Below, piece after piece: positions 12,501 through 23,407 of a DNA stretch of 64,000 nt. The notes below the pieces were generated by a model. That model saw only the letters and a program-made list of their open reading frames with translations. It made no database searches and was not told the DNA's origin. Origin of the DNA: Utricularia gibba (Eukaryota; Plantae; Magnoliophyta); contig NEEC01000012.1 of NCBI GenBank assembly GCA_002189035.1, forward strand, positions 2,914,001 to 2,978,000. The letters run 5' to 3'. Each line of letters opens with the position of its first letter. Within the stretch, counting starts at the first letter, position 1. Both the position numbers and the translations under genes were made by a program.

Positions 12501-13455
12501 ATCATGGAGGAAGAGATGCAAGTCTTTCCTATCTCGTCAGAGTATTGCACATTTCACAAAATGTTGATAGGATACAAATATGAGGACCCAGAAAATGATA
12601 ACATCTATTTCTTTGAGATACGTTATCATGTCAGATATAGGGATCAGGACATAGATTAATTTCGCCAGATATCCAATCGAAAAGCATAGATTTATGGCGT
12701 ATAACTATCTGGAAAAGGACTAGGACTTCATTTTTCAAATCAAAATCAACCATTGGCTTGCTCCAAACACAGGAAAACTTGATCCCTTAAGAGAGAAGGG
12801 AAGGATCAGACCTGTTGCAAGAGTATCATACCAGGAACAGGAACACTTACAGAATATGCAAGCAGAGCCTCCAGTAACATCTCAGCATTCTCGTCACCTG
12901 AGGAAAAAGGTAAGGATTTCATTGATGAACTTGAATAGCCACGTTGCAAGTGTCCTGAAGAAATAACATTGTGCTAAAGCTCCTAATTATAAAAAATGAT
13001 AATAGTTAACAGTTCCAGGTTAGGTCCAACAAAAAAATGAACAACGAGTTAGTGTTTGCAGCATAAGATTTGCAGAAGGAACTACAACAGCCGCACCTTT
13101 TTCCTCAATCACCTTACTGACAAGGCCTGGTTTGAATCCCATCTCAGCAAAGAATGATATCCAGTTGCTTCCAGATGAACTCGGGACGTCTTCCTAAACA
13201 TGCAAGGTTCACGAATAAGGTACACGCCACTCAGCAACGAATAGAAAAATACACCAACTATCCAATTTAGATTCTAAAATACGGCACCAAAAAAGATAAA
13301 CCAGAATCTACTTACGAACCGAAAAGCCTTACCTCAGCGGACCTCGAGCATGCCATTTGAGGTGGGACATCACGGTTCAAGTGTTCATTCCCATGAATGC
13401 GCTTTACAGAATTTTCAAGAACGGAAGTGTCCTCATCATCCGATATTTCCACCAT
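9521..13455 (-). CDS. DRM3: DRM3-type (catalytically inactive) DNA cytosine methyltransferase-like protein, one apparent frameshift
   Basis: N-terminal UBA-like exons (FAEMGFKPGLVSKVIEEKG), C-terminal FQTDALGYHLSVLK and LSFFTGIGGAEVAL. Motif IV reads FVVCRNPS rather than GGSPCN. ORFs 9955-10860 and 9521-10057 join at LERLL-GYQ if C2 at 9999-10000 is C3. Confidence 0.88.
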
Positions 13456-14022
13456 CGCAAACTATGAATCATTGCTCCTTCTTAACCATTTATGGAGAAA
13501 AATACTCAAATGGCATCAGCCATTCTAGCGTTGAGACGAAGAAAAACAACGTCGTTAAATCGTTAACACCTACCATTTTGAGAGTGTTTTCAATTACCGA
13601 AAAGAAAAATCAAATTCGGCCCATATATTGTCCTGCTCCTGCATGCAACAAAATAAATTCAGCGAAACTGCGAACGTTTCATCATCTGTAACGGCGAAAG
13701 GATAGGTGGAGATGGACACTGTTACCGGAATGTCTGTAAAACGAAAGTTGGCGAAAGTGTACTTCAATGCCCAATCTTGAGACCAGAGCACCCAAAGGGC
13801 GGGATGAGAATGAATTTACAGTAGCCGTTGGAACCCTAGAACTTAATTATTGAATTCTATTATTAGGAAACAGATATTACAATATAATTGTTTATGTCTT
13901 TTAAAATTATATCAAATTACCAGGAGTTGTGCTGGATATTTTAGGGTAACTCCACTTTCGGCCCAACTGAATGGGCTAGTGACTAGAATACTTCTCGCGG
14001 GTAAGCGGAAACTGTACAGAGC

Positions 14023-15812
14023 ATGACGGAGGAACGGAGGCGGAAGAGGAAAAGGGCAGGCCAGCGCAAGGGGAAGGACAAGCCTAGTGGAATTGCGGTG
14101 AAGAATGATGAGTCTTCTTCAATCACGGCTTCTTCTGGTTCTGTTTACGCTCATGCTTCTGAGAAAGGATCGAAATCCTCTTCATTCATTGATAAAGTAA
14201 AGCAAGAATTGACTTGGTTATTGCAGAATCCTGATGCTTCTCGAAGTTTCAGTGTATGTGCTTCTCAACACACCTGATTTGCTCTCTCCTCTTTGGCAGA
14301 TGAAATCCAAGTTGTCAGGAGGTTATTTCCGGATGATAAATGAAAAGCTTTACACGTGCAGGTAATGCTAGCGTTTTCCTATTATTTTTGGTCACCTATT
14401 TCGTCTTTGGTGTATTGTATTTTGTATAGTGAAAAATTTGTCTATCTGTGTTGATTTCTATGTTATACTTGCCAGCGGAGATGAGGCCTTACAGTATTTT
14501 GAAGAGAACCCATCGTTGTTCAATGTGGTAAGGTCTGATCTTGTTCTTCTGGTGATTTCGCTTCATATTCTTTGGTTGCTCCTCCATCTAAAAACCCCTT
14601 TTGTGACTTTTGACCCCTTGAAGGTTTTCATTGTTTGGCATGACATGGAAACAAGTTATTCTCCGGATGAAATCATATGATGATCTTTTATTCTTGCCAA
14701 AGTTTTTGCATATTCACGTCATAAGATGTTCTCCCATTGACATCACCGCACAATGATCCTATTGATTAGTTTCTGCTTATACTGCCAGTATCATTCAGGA
14801 TACCAAGAGCAAATGTCACGATGGCCTAAACAGCCTATTGATATCATCATAAATTGGATAAGATCCCGTGGTTCTTCTCTGGTTGTTGCTGATTTTGGTT
14901 GTGGTAATGGATTCTATCTTTTACCCCTATGAACAGTTGTCTTCTTGTGAAATGATTGTTTTCAAATCTTTTCTTTTTCCCAGGGGATGCCCGGCTTGCT
15001 CGAAGTGTGAAGAACAAAGTTTTCTCGATTGATTTGGTTTCAAATGACCCATCTGTTATTGCCTGTGATATGTCCAATGTATATCTCCCACCACTTGATC
15101 TTTACCTTTACATTGCTTTCTCCCACCAGCAGCTTTCTCCTCGTAAATTATGCATGGCCTGCAGAACTATAGCATAAACAGAAAGTTCTATAGATTTTCC
15201 ATAGCACTGGGAATAATTTGCAGGATTCTTTGCTTGCAGACCCCTCTTGAAACTTCCTCGGTGGATGTTGCTGTATTCTCGCTCTCACTTATGGGAACAA
15301 ACTTCCCCTCGTATCTACAGGAAGCAAACCGGGTTCTGAAACCTTGGTACAAATTTACGCACTTCCCCTTCATCTCTCTCTATATTCATGCTTGCTTACA
15401 GATTTACGCACTTCCTTTGTTTCTATGCAGTGGTTTCCTTTTGATAGCAGAAGTCAAAAGCCGGATGGATCCTAATACAGGAGGAGCAGACCCTGAACAA
15501 TTTATCAAAGCTATATGCGAACTAGGATTCACCCCAACATCCAAGGTTTCAGTATTCCACTGGCTTTAGTGAAGAAAATTTTGAATTCATGCTAACACAC
15601 TCTCCCTTCCTCCACTGCAGGACTTCTCCAACAAGATGTTTGTACTCCTTTACTTCCAAAAAAAGGTTTGCTTCCATGATCCATGCACTGTTTCTAGCAA
15701 CATCACCCCTGCTTGCTCATGTTTCTTTTTGTGTCATCTTCCTCAGGAGAAACAAAGCTCTAAGAACATAGAGTGGCCGCAGTTGAAACCTTGTTTGTAC
15801 AAGCGTCGCTGA
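14023..15812 (+). CDS. RRP8: Ribosomal RNA-processing protein 8 (SAM-dependent rRNA methyltransferase)
   Basis: Spliced motifs [34 protein letters not shown]|[35 protein letters not shown]. Confidence 0.93.
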
Positions 15813-16146
15813 GTGTGGGTTTTGTTTTCCAAAGGATCTTTACATTTAGACGTGAAAAAGTTAACTTGGTTATGCAGATGGTTACTGCTGCATTCTTGAA
15901 ATGAAATCATCATCTTGCTATTGTGAATCGTGAAACTTTAATATTCTGTTGTAAAGTAAAGTACGTTTTTGGGGATGGCAAATTGACGGTTGAGGTAGTT
16001 GACGGTCTAGAGAGATTCACAAATTTGGTTGTCTAGGGGAATGTTGGCCGTTGGAATCCGCCTTTCACGGCGGCCACCGCCCCTACATAATCTGACGGCC
16101 ATCGCCACCGTTTCTCTCGACAATTTTCGTCTCTCAGATTTGCAAT

Positions 16147-16583
16147 ATGGAGAACTGCGCTGTGATTCTGTCTCTTGTCGTCATCATTTCCGCCTTCGTT
16201 GATGGAGTTCCCGGCCAAGAGTCACCCGCGACCGCCCCGTCGTTGTCTCCGGTCTCTGCCGCGCCATCAGCATCGACCTCCGAGCCCAGTGCCCCATCCC
16301 CATCCGCAGCTACCCCAGTAGGCTCTCCCGCGCCTGAAGCCTCATCCCAGAAAGTGCTGCTGCGCCTGTGGATGAGGCAGCATCGCCGGAGGAGGAGCCG
16401 GCTTCACCGGCCGCGGCTACGGATGCTCCCGCGGCGGCGCCGACCGCGTCGCCACTTCCCGCTGATGCCGGTCCCAGTCCTAGTGAAGCCGCGGCGGACA
16501 CTCCTAGCGATGGCGGTGCCGCGTTGAGGATCTCCACCGCCGTGTGCGCCGCCGCTGGCGCAGTAGGATTCTTCCTCATCTGA
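16147..16583 (+). CDS. Classical arabinogalactan protein (signal peptide, PAST-rich, GPI signal), one apparent frameshift
   Basis: ORF 16147 (signal peptide, AP/SP repeats) and ORF 16368 (AP repeats, hydrophobic GPI tail) join as SSPESAAAPVDE if C3 at 16346-16348 is C4, giving 146 codons. Confidence 0.85.
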
Positions 16584-16814
16584 TCAGTTCAAATGTCTTC
16601 TCATGCATTGTAACAATAAACATGTCTTCTCCGGGGAAGCGTCGCCCGGTGGCCGATCACATTCAATGATTTCTCTCTCTTCTCAGTTTCCCTTTATAAT
16701 TATTTTTTTCAGGAAAAAAAAGAAAATAATAATCTATTATGTTTTATTCCGACATTATCTTATTATGATCATCTAAAATAACGGCGACCGAGCGGAGCAA
16801 GCTGTGTCGACGAG

Positions 16815-17957
16815 ATGGAACCCGAAAATTCGCGAAAGAGAGTGGTGGTATGCGGCGGCGGAGTCATCGGCGTCGCCACCGCCTATTTCTTGTCAAAAAA
16901 AGGCGCCTCCGTTACCATCGTCGAAAAATCGTCGATCGCCTGCGCTGCATCAGGCAAGGCAGGGGGGTTCCTCGCCCTAGACTGGTGCGACGATGGCCCT
17001 GTTTCTGCCCTTGCTCGAGCCAGCTTCAATCTCCACCGTTCCCTCGCTGAGGAACTCCATGGCGCAGATCTCTACGGCTATCGCGCGGTCACCACTCTCA
17101 GCCTCACGATCCGTGAAACCGACGCCGCGTCTGAGGCTCGATCGAGCAAAAACTCAAGAACCGTAACAGTTCCGCCGTGGATCGACGGAAAGGCGAAGGG
17201 ATTCAAGACGATTGGGACGACGGAGACGACGGCGCAGGTTCATCCGGAACTGTTCACGAAGACACTGCTTGCGAAGGCGATTGACGATTTCGGAGTAAAG
17301 GTAGTGATCGGAAAAGTGTGTTCGGTGACGGTAGCCGAAGGAGCGGCGACGGCAGTGGTTTTAGAGGACGGCGAAGCGATAGCGGCGGACGCCGTTGTCC
17401 TTGCACTAGGTCCATGGAGCAGCAAGTTGCCTCTCTTGGGCTCAATTTTCCGGATACATGGGCTTAAGGCCCACAGTATTCTCATCCAGCCCAATGACCC
17501 AGACACTATAACTCCTCACGCACTGTTCCTAACCTATTACCCGGGCGACGGAGCGAACCCCATGGATCCCGAGGTGTACCCACGGCCAACAGGCGAGGTC
17601 TACCTTTGCGGGATGGCGGCGGAGTCGGAGGTGCCTGACTCGCCGGAGGAGGTGACCCCGGTGCCAGAATCAATAGCCATTCTCAAGAAAGTGGCGATGC
17701 ACGTTTCAAGCCAGCTAATGGAAGTGAAGGCGGAACAGGCCTGCTTCTTGCCGTGTTCCCCCGACGACCTGCCGGTCATTGGAGAAGTTCCGGGCGTTAA
17801 TGGATGCTACGTGGCTACAGGGCACAGCTGCTGGGGCATTCTAAACGCTCCGGCGACGGGCGCCGCCCTTTCGGAACTCGTTATGGATGGCGAACCGGAA
17901 ACTGTCGATCTCACTCCATTTAGTCCCAGTAGGTTTCTACAGAGCCAGGCCCATTAA
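16815..17957 (+). CDS. FAD-dependent oxidoreductase, DAO/glycine oxidase family (single exon)
   Basis: Intact 380-aa ORF with VVVCGGGVIG Rossmann motif, ASGKAGGFLALDWC and GHSCWGILNAPATG. Confidence 0.93.
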   Translation: MEPENSRKRVVVCGGGVIGVATAYFLSKKGASVTIVEKSSIACAASGKAGGFLALDWCDDGPVSALARASFNLHRSLAEELHGADLYGYRAVTTLSLTIRETDAASEARSSKNSRTVTVPPWIDGKAKGFKTIGTTETTAQVHPELFTKTLLAKAIDDFGVKVVIGKVCSVTVAEGAATAVVLEDGEAIAADAVVLALGPWSSKLPLLGSIFRIHGLKAHSILIQPNDPDTITPHALFLTYYPGDGANPMDPEVYPRPTGEVYLCGMAAESEVPDSPEEVTPVPESIAILKKVAMHVSSQLMEVKAEQACFLPCSPDDLPVIGEVPGVNGCYVATGHSCWGILNAPATGAALSELVMDGEPETVDLTPFSPSRFLQSQAH

Positions 17958-18913
17958 ACAGAAAACACTGTTGATCCAGGAACTCTGCTCTACCGATCTT
18001 TTCTAAAAAGATTTTCTATACTTATTTTAATTTTAGACAATAATAATAGTTCGTTCTTATTCAACTTATTTAAAAATATTTTAAATTTTCCAGAATATTC
18101 ACAAATTTATTTCTACTTTTTAAAAAGGAAGAGGGTGGAGGGTGTATGAGACATTTCACCTGCCTTACGGCGGCTTCTGTCTAGAAGGCGGCATGCATTC
18201 AACTTCCAAAAGAATTCATTGCCTATAATAATAATATTTTAAAATATAATGTATTCAATTCTATCTTTATCTCACACCAAAAGTATTTAAAATCATTTAT
18301 TCGTGTTAAAAAATGAGCTGAAAATATCTTCACAATTTTAAAAAATCATTTATTCGTGTAAGGGTATGCTATATGTATGTATATCTCTCTCTTCCAAAGG
18401 GTTTAAACCGGAGAAAGCAAAAGGCGCTTCTAAAAGAAAAGGGAAATTAAAAAAAAAAAAGGAACTTGCGACATTTCCATGCACAACACAAGCAACATTG
18501 CGACAAATGGTTTCGAGATTATTGTAAATATTTTAATGCGTTTAGAATATCATTTTTGACTTTATTACAGTGTATGACATCAGCTTATTAAAATGACCAT
18601 GAACCAACCGGTTTGAAATGATTTCCATCATTCGAGATTATAAAACTAAAAAAGCCGGGAAACGGGGAACCGGTTCCCTTTTTTCTTTTCCTTTTTCTTC
18701 AATTTTCAAGCCGATGATTTGATCATTAGAAACTTAAAAAAAAAAAAAAGATTACAAGTGAGCGAGCACTCCTAATAATTCATTTTTTTCCTAAAACATT
18801 TTATAAGTTGTAACAAAAAATATTATGATATCGAGAAAGCGAGGTTTGACCTAGTTTAGCCTAATTTCAGTCTTCAGTTTTAAAATATCCAACTTTGACC
18901 TTCATGTTGTGTG

Positions 18914-18996
18914 GTAGGGTCATAGCTATTAATGACACGTCATCTCAAAAGCATAGTAGGGTCATAGATATTAATGACACGTCATCTCTATAGCAT
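18914..18996. repeat. Two-copy 42-bp tandem repeat, each copy containing an ABRE-like TGACACGTCA
   Basis: gtagggtcatag(c/a)tattaatgacacgtcatctc... starts at 18914 and 18956. Confidence 0.9.
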
Positions 18997-19143
18997 GCAA
19001 CCTTGGACTGAGGAATGAGGCGGCTTTTCTTTTCTTTTCTTTTTTTTTAATATTAATAAAAATCTGAAAATTAAAGGAAGACGGGCATCGGGAAGGTGTG
19101 CATTGCGTACAAGGCATCTGCTTTTAGTGGCGGCTCGTCTTAT

Positions 19144-19848
19144 CTAGTTGAGTGAGCCAACTCTAAGGCTGGTAGAAAAAGAAAAAAGACCTAAAACGTT
19201 CCGTCGGTAGGGGAGGAAGGATTGCTTCTTCTGTACTTCCTTCATCAAGCGGTTCCTGACGTACAGTTCCTCGTGCGCCGAGATCGTTCTGGCGGCGGAG
19301 TGCCGTTCAGCGTTGATACGGAAGGATGATTTCTCCGTTTTCTGTTTGGGATACAGGTGTCCTGTATTGTTCTTCCAGCTTCCCTCGCTATTGCTCCGGC
19401 GCAGAAAATTCTTGAGCTTCCACGGCAGCGACGCCGATCGACTGGACCCGCTCTTCAAGGATTTACTCACCGGAGAAGGCGGCGGTGGCGGCCAGACGGA
19501 GTAGCTTTCCCGCGGAAGCCTCTCCAATTCGTCTTCTTCTTCCGATGACGAATCCGACTGGACCGGATCGCGATCGTTGATAAATAGATCCCTAAACGAA
19601 ACCGCTAGCGGTTCCGATTCCGATTCCGATTCCTTCCTCGTAATCAGCGCCGGCTCAAGAATCGACAACGAGCTGCTCTCGAACAGAGGGAAACTGGTTG
19701 CAACAGGAGAATCTGAAACGGTGAACTCAAATTCGCTGTCAATTTCAGGATCGCCGTTGATTTTCTTCTCCTCCTCCTCCTCCACCGTGGCCGCGATCTC
19801 CGACAACCTCTCCTCGGAGTAGACTCTGAAGCTCAAGTCCCCCTGCAT
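19144..19848 (-). CDS. DUF1645-like plant protein (single exon)
   Basis: MQGDLSFRVYSEERLSEIA start, WKLKNFLRRSNSEG, SAHEELYVRNR and SFLPYRRNVLGLF motifs match the family as I recall it. The ORF is also open upstream to 19917. Confidence 0.8.
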   Translation of the reverse strand: MQGDLSFRVYSEERLSEIAATVEEEEEKKINGDPEIDSEFEFTVSDSPVATSFPLFESSSLSILEPALITRKESESESEPLAVSFRDLFINDRDPVQSDSSSEEEDELERLPRESYSVWPPPPPSPVSKSLKSGSSRSASLPWKLKNFLRRSNSEGSWKNNTGHLYPKQKTEKSSFRINAERHSAARTISAHEELYVRNRLMKEVQKKQSFLPYRRNVLGLFSFSTSLRVGSLN

Positions 19849-19906
19849 CTGGAACTGAGTGAGAACTACCAGTTTTGATTTCGGTTGCTGTGAAGCAGAG
19901 AGCTGG

Positions 19907-19976
19907 CTTTTATACACCCGTAGGCGGCTCTGGTTTGATACACCCTTTTATACACCCGTAGGCGGCTCTGGTTTGA
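19907..19976 (-). promoter_or_regulatory. 32-bp direct repeat (period 38) duplicating the TATA box of the DUF1645 gene
   Basis: cttttatacacccgtaggcggctctggtttga at 19907-19938 and 19945-19976; the minus strand reads TATAAAAG in each copy, about 60 and 100 bp upstream of the ATG. Confidence 0.75.
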
Positions 19977-21702
19977 ACTTTGAACTTCCAGGAAAAAGGA
20001 ATGACTTCGTTGGGTACCCACCTGTGTTTCTAGAGGCCAAAATTATTTAATTATTTAATTGGGCCTGCTCAACAAACAAGTAACACTTATAGTCTAGGCC
20101 TGTACACCTACACTTGGGCCTGCCCATTTTAATGGGCCTGTCATGTACGGAACCGGGTCCATGCACATTTGCTTGAAATGAGACCCGGATCCGGATCCTA
20201 ATTGAAGAGGTCCGATTGGAGCAGACGGGGCGCCGACAAAGAGCACCGTGGCACATGCGCAGGGTCCCCCCGCAGTCCAGTCATAAAACGGTGAATAAAC
20301 GTGTCTCCTTTAATGGAGAGGGTCGGGGGGTGCAACTTGAAAGGGGCCGACCGTACGCAAAATGCATTCAAAACCCCAGACGTTTTCTTTTTTACGGTTT
20401 TTTTAATGCTGATTGTGTCGCATGTAGGTTAGTTTCTAGGCTTTTTATTGCGTGATTCCATTAAAATCATAATGTAATCATTGTTATTAGATATTGACAC
20501 GAATTTTATTTATTTAGTTATTTACCAATTTTAATATAAAGAATATTTTAATATTTTAAATGATTAAAAAATTATTATGAACTACTTACATGATCAATGG
20601 GTCATTTAAGGGAATTTGGAAGTAAGGTTGTTATTTAGGTGACTCGTCGTTGTCGCCGGTGGTCACGTGAGGAGGGGCTACCCGGTCGGACCGGGCCGGT
20701 CCGGCCGCGTTTTGGGTCATTAAATCAGGGCGCGTATTGAAAGTGGCAGCTGCCGTTGCCATTTCGCCGGTTACCAAAAAAACAAATTAAAAGAAGAGAG
20801 TACCGTGTAATTTCGATTCCTCTAGATCCTGCTGCCTTCCGAATCTCGCCGTATTTTCAGCAGAAATCTGCCGTCGGGCCGTCATCGGCGTTACTCCGAG
20901 CCGGTTCTGCCGCAAATACTTTGGCGTTCTCATTTTCTGTTTCGCATTTCTTTCAGGCATGTTTGCCTTGCTCTGCGTCAAGTTTCGTTGTTTGGCGCGT
21001 TGAATCTGATGGAGGTTGGATAGAAATCTTTCCTTTTAAGTGAGATTTTTGGATCTTGGAGTGTATGTGTTTTTTCGTTCGTGTGCTGTCGGTGCTTTGC
21101 TTAAACTTTGTTTTGATCTTATTCTTGAGTGCTGTGACTGCGCTGTGAATATAGGAGCGATGTTTGCAAGGGTGAGTATTCTTTTCATCTCGTAGCATTA
21201 ATTTCACTTTGGAGATATCTTGGATCTAACTAGTGATTGCTGATCTGGATACAGGGAGAAATCCAGTTTTTTAAGTGGATATAGGTTGAAGGTCTTTTTA
21301 TTGCAGTCATGTCTCTCACATGGCATTATTAATGATTCACTTAGTTAGACTGAGTTGGTTGTTCCGTTGCATCAATCTCCAATATTTATTTGGCTTTTAC
21401 ATTTTTTTTGTGGAATGGGCGGACGCTGAAGCCTCTGTTGGTCTGTAGCGTCTCGGATGGTGATGTGTTCTCTGCTTACGTTTTCAATGTAGTTCTTTGA
21501 TAGATCAGTGGTCTACCTCAGTTGAATAGTTTCTAGAACGATTTTTTTTATACTGGTTTCATTGAATTATTGTACTTTTGGCACCGTTTTCGATGCCCTC
21601 TTTTTGCTGATCGTGGAGATATCTGTAAATGATTGTGATTCGTTGTTGGTTTGTAACACTTGGTGAACTTCGTTGTCATTTCTTTGGCGTCAGGTTTGCA
21701 AA

Positions 21703-23034
21703 ATGTCTGAAATGGTTCTCCAAGATAATGCTGCGGTTCCTGAGCCTGATAGGATGAATGGAAATGCCAACGAGTGCAATCTTATTCAACTGCAGACAAC
21801 GCAGGTGGAAGAAAATTCTGATGTTGGACAAAGGAATGGAATTCCTTTGATACCGAGTAATCCAGCGAAAACAGAAGGAACTGAAAAACCAGAACTTGCA
21901 GTGGTGACCACTGAGGTTGAATACATTGAATCCAGGGACTTGAAGGACGTGGAGGATGTGGATACTTGTGTGAAGGTTGCATTTCTTCTATTCTTGACTT
22001 CTTTTGATTGTGATTATGGTTGAGTTTTTTTCAGCTCACATTACCAGAGTACTTAAAAGTTTTCCATTTTCTTCATCAGTCACTGGTTCCTGAGCTTGGC
22101 TCAAAAGATTGGTTGTCTGTGTGCCAAGCACTCAACAATGTACGAAGGTTGTCTCTGTTTCACGAGGAATCCATTGTCAGCATATTGTAAGTATATCTTA
22201 ACGTATTTTATGCTCCATTGTCTTGGCCCTGATGTTGTGAACTCTTATTTACTCAACAGGAAGGACATCGTCCCCCTAGTTGTGAAATCGGTAAAAAATC
22301 CACGCAGTGCTGTTTGTAAAACTGCTATCATGGCTTCTGAAGACATATTCAGTGCTTACAAGGATGGCATCATTGATTCTCTGGACGCATTGGTACTAGA
22401 AGCCCGCCTTGCACTTGCCCCCTTTTATCTCAACATTCTGATGGTATTGTTCTTCTTTCCCAGCTTGTGCAGCTTCTTCTCAAATCCTCACAAGACAAGA
22501 AATTCGTATGTGAGGCAGCTGAAAGTGCATTGATGACCCTGACGAGCTCCGTCTCCCCTCTTCTGCTGTTGCCCAAGTTACAACCTTACGTAAAGGATAG
22601 AAATCCTCGAATTCGTGCCAAGGCTTCGCTATGTATCTCTCGAAGTGTGCCTCGCCTGGTAAGATACCTTTTCCTACAAGCTCTTTGCACATAAAGTGTG
22701 TTCAATAAAGCTTGCGAGTTTTCTGTTCCCTCAGGGTGATGATGGGATTAAGGAGTTTGGCATAGAGAAGCTTATCCAAGTAGGTGCTTCTCAGCTATGC
22801 GACCAGCTCCCTGAGTCCAGAGACGCTGCTCGTTCATTGTTGCTCGAATTGCAAGCCGCGTACGAACGATCACATGCTTCTGAAGCAGCGTCTCTTCCCG
22901 AAGACAGCACCACTCCTCCTCCTCCTCCCCCATGGAAGCTTTTCTGCGAATCAAAGCTTTCACCACTGAGCGCCCAAGCAGTCCTCCGTGTGACCGGCCT
23001 CTCCAAGGAAGCAGCTGTTGTTGGTTCTTCGTAA
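21703..23034 (+). CDS. TOG/CLASP-N-like ARM-repeat protein
   Basis: Five exons: VEYIESRDLKDV, LGSKDWLSVCQALNNVRRL, VVKSVKNPRSAVCKTAIMAS, LLLKSSQDKKFVCEAAE, QLCDQLPESRDAAR, W-x-x-FCESKLSPLSAQAVLR. Confidence 0.9.
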
Positions 23035-23407
23035 CAACAGCACTCGCTATTCTGTTGGTTGATACATGTAAATACCTCAAGTGCATGGAGATCCTTGAGA
23101 TGCAGGCGATTCATTACTCCGACTTCATCAAATTCCAGTTGAGTTCGTACAACGGCCGCTTCTCTAAGGTTATGATCTTCTTTGTTTTGACTGCTAAGGT
23201 ATAGCGCACACCCTTCCATTTCCTCATGTCTGTTTCGATCTGAATCATATCATGCCATGTAACTTTACATTTCTCAAGTCACCCATTGCAAGACTTGAAC
23301 ACTTGGTATTCTTGATTCCTTGGGGTGTACACAAATAAGCAAGCGTTCGGAACAGACCCAACGCACACGACAAATGGGGCACTACAACATGCTGCACCAA
23401 AATCGCC

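Noticed and set aside
16310-16579. Antisense Ala/Gly-rich ORF over the AGP
   Set aside because: A mirror of GC-rich Pro/Ala/Ser codons.
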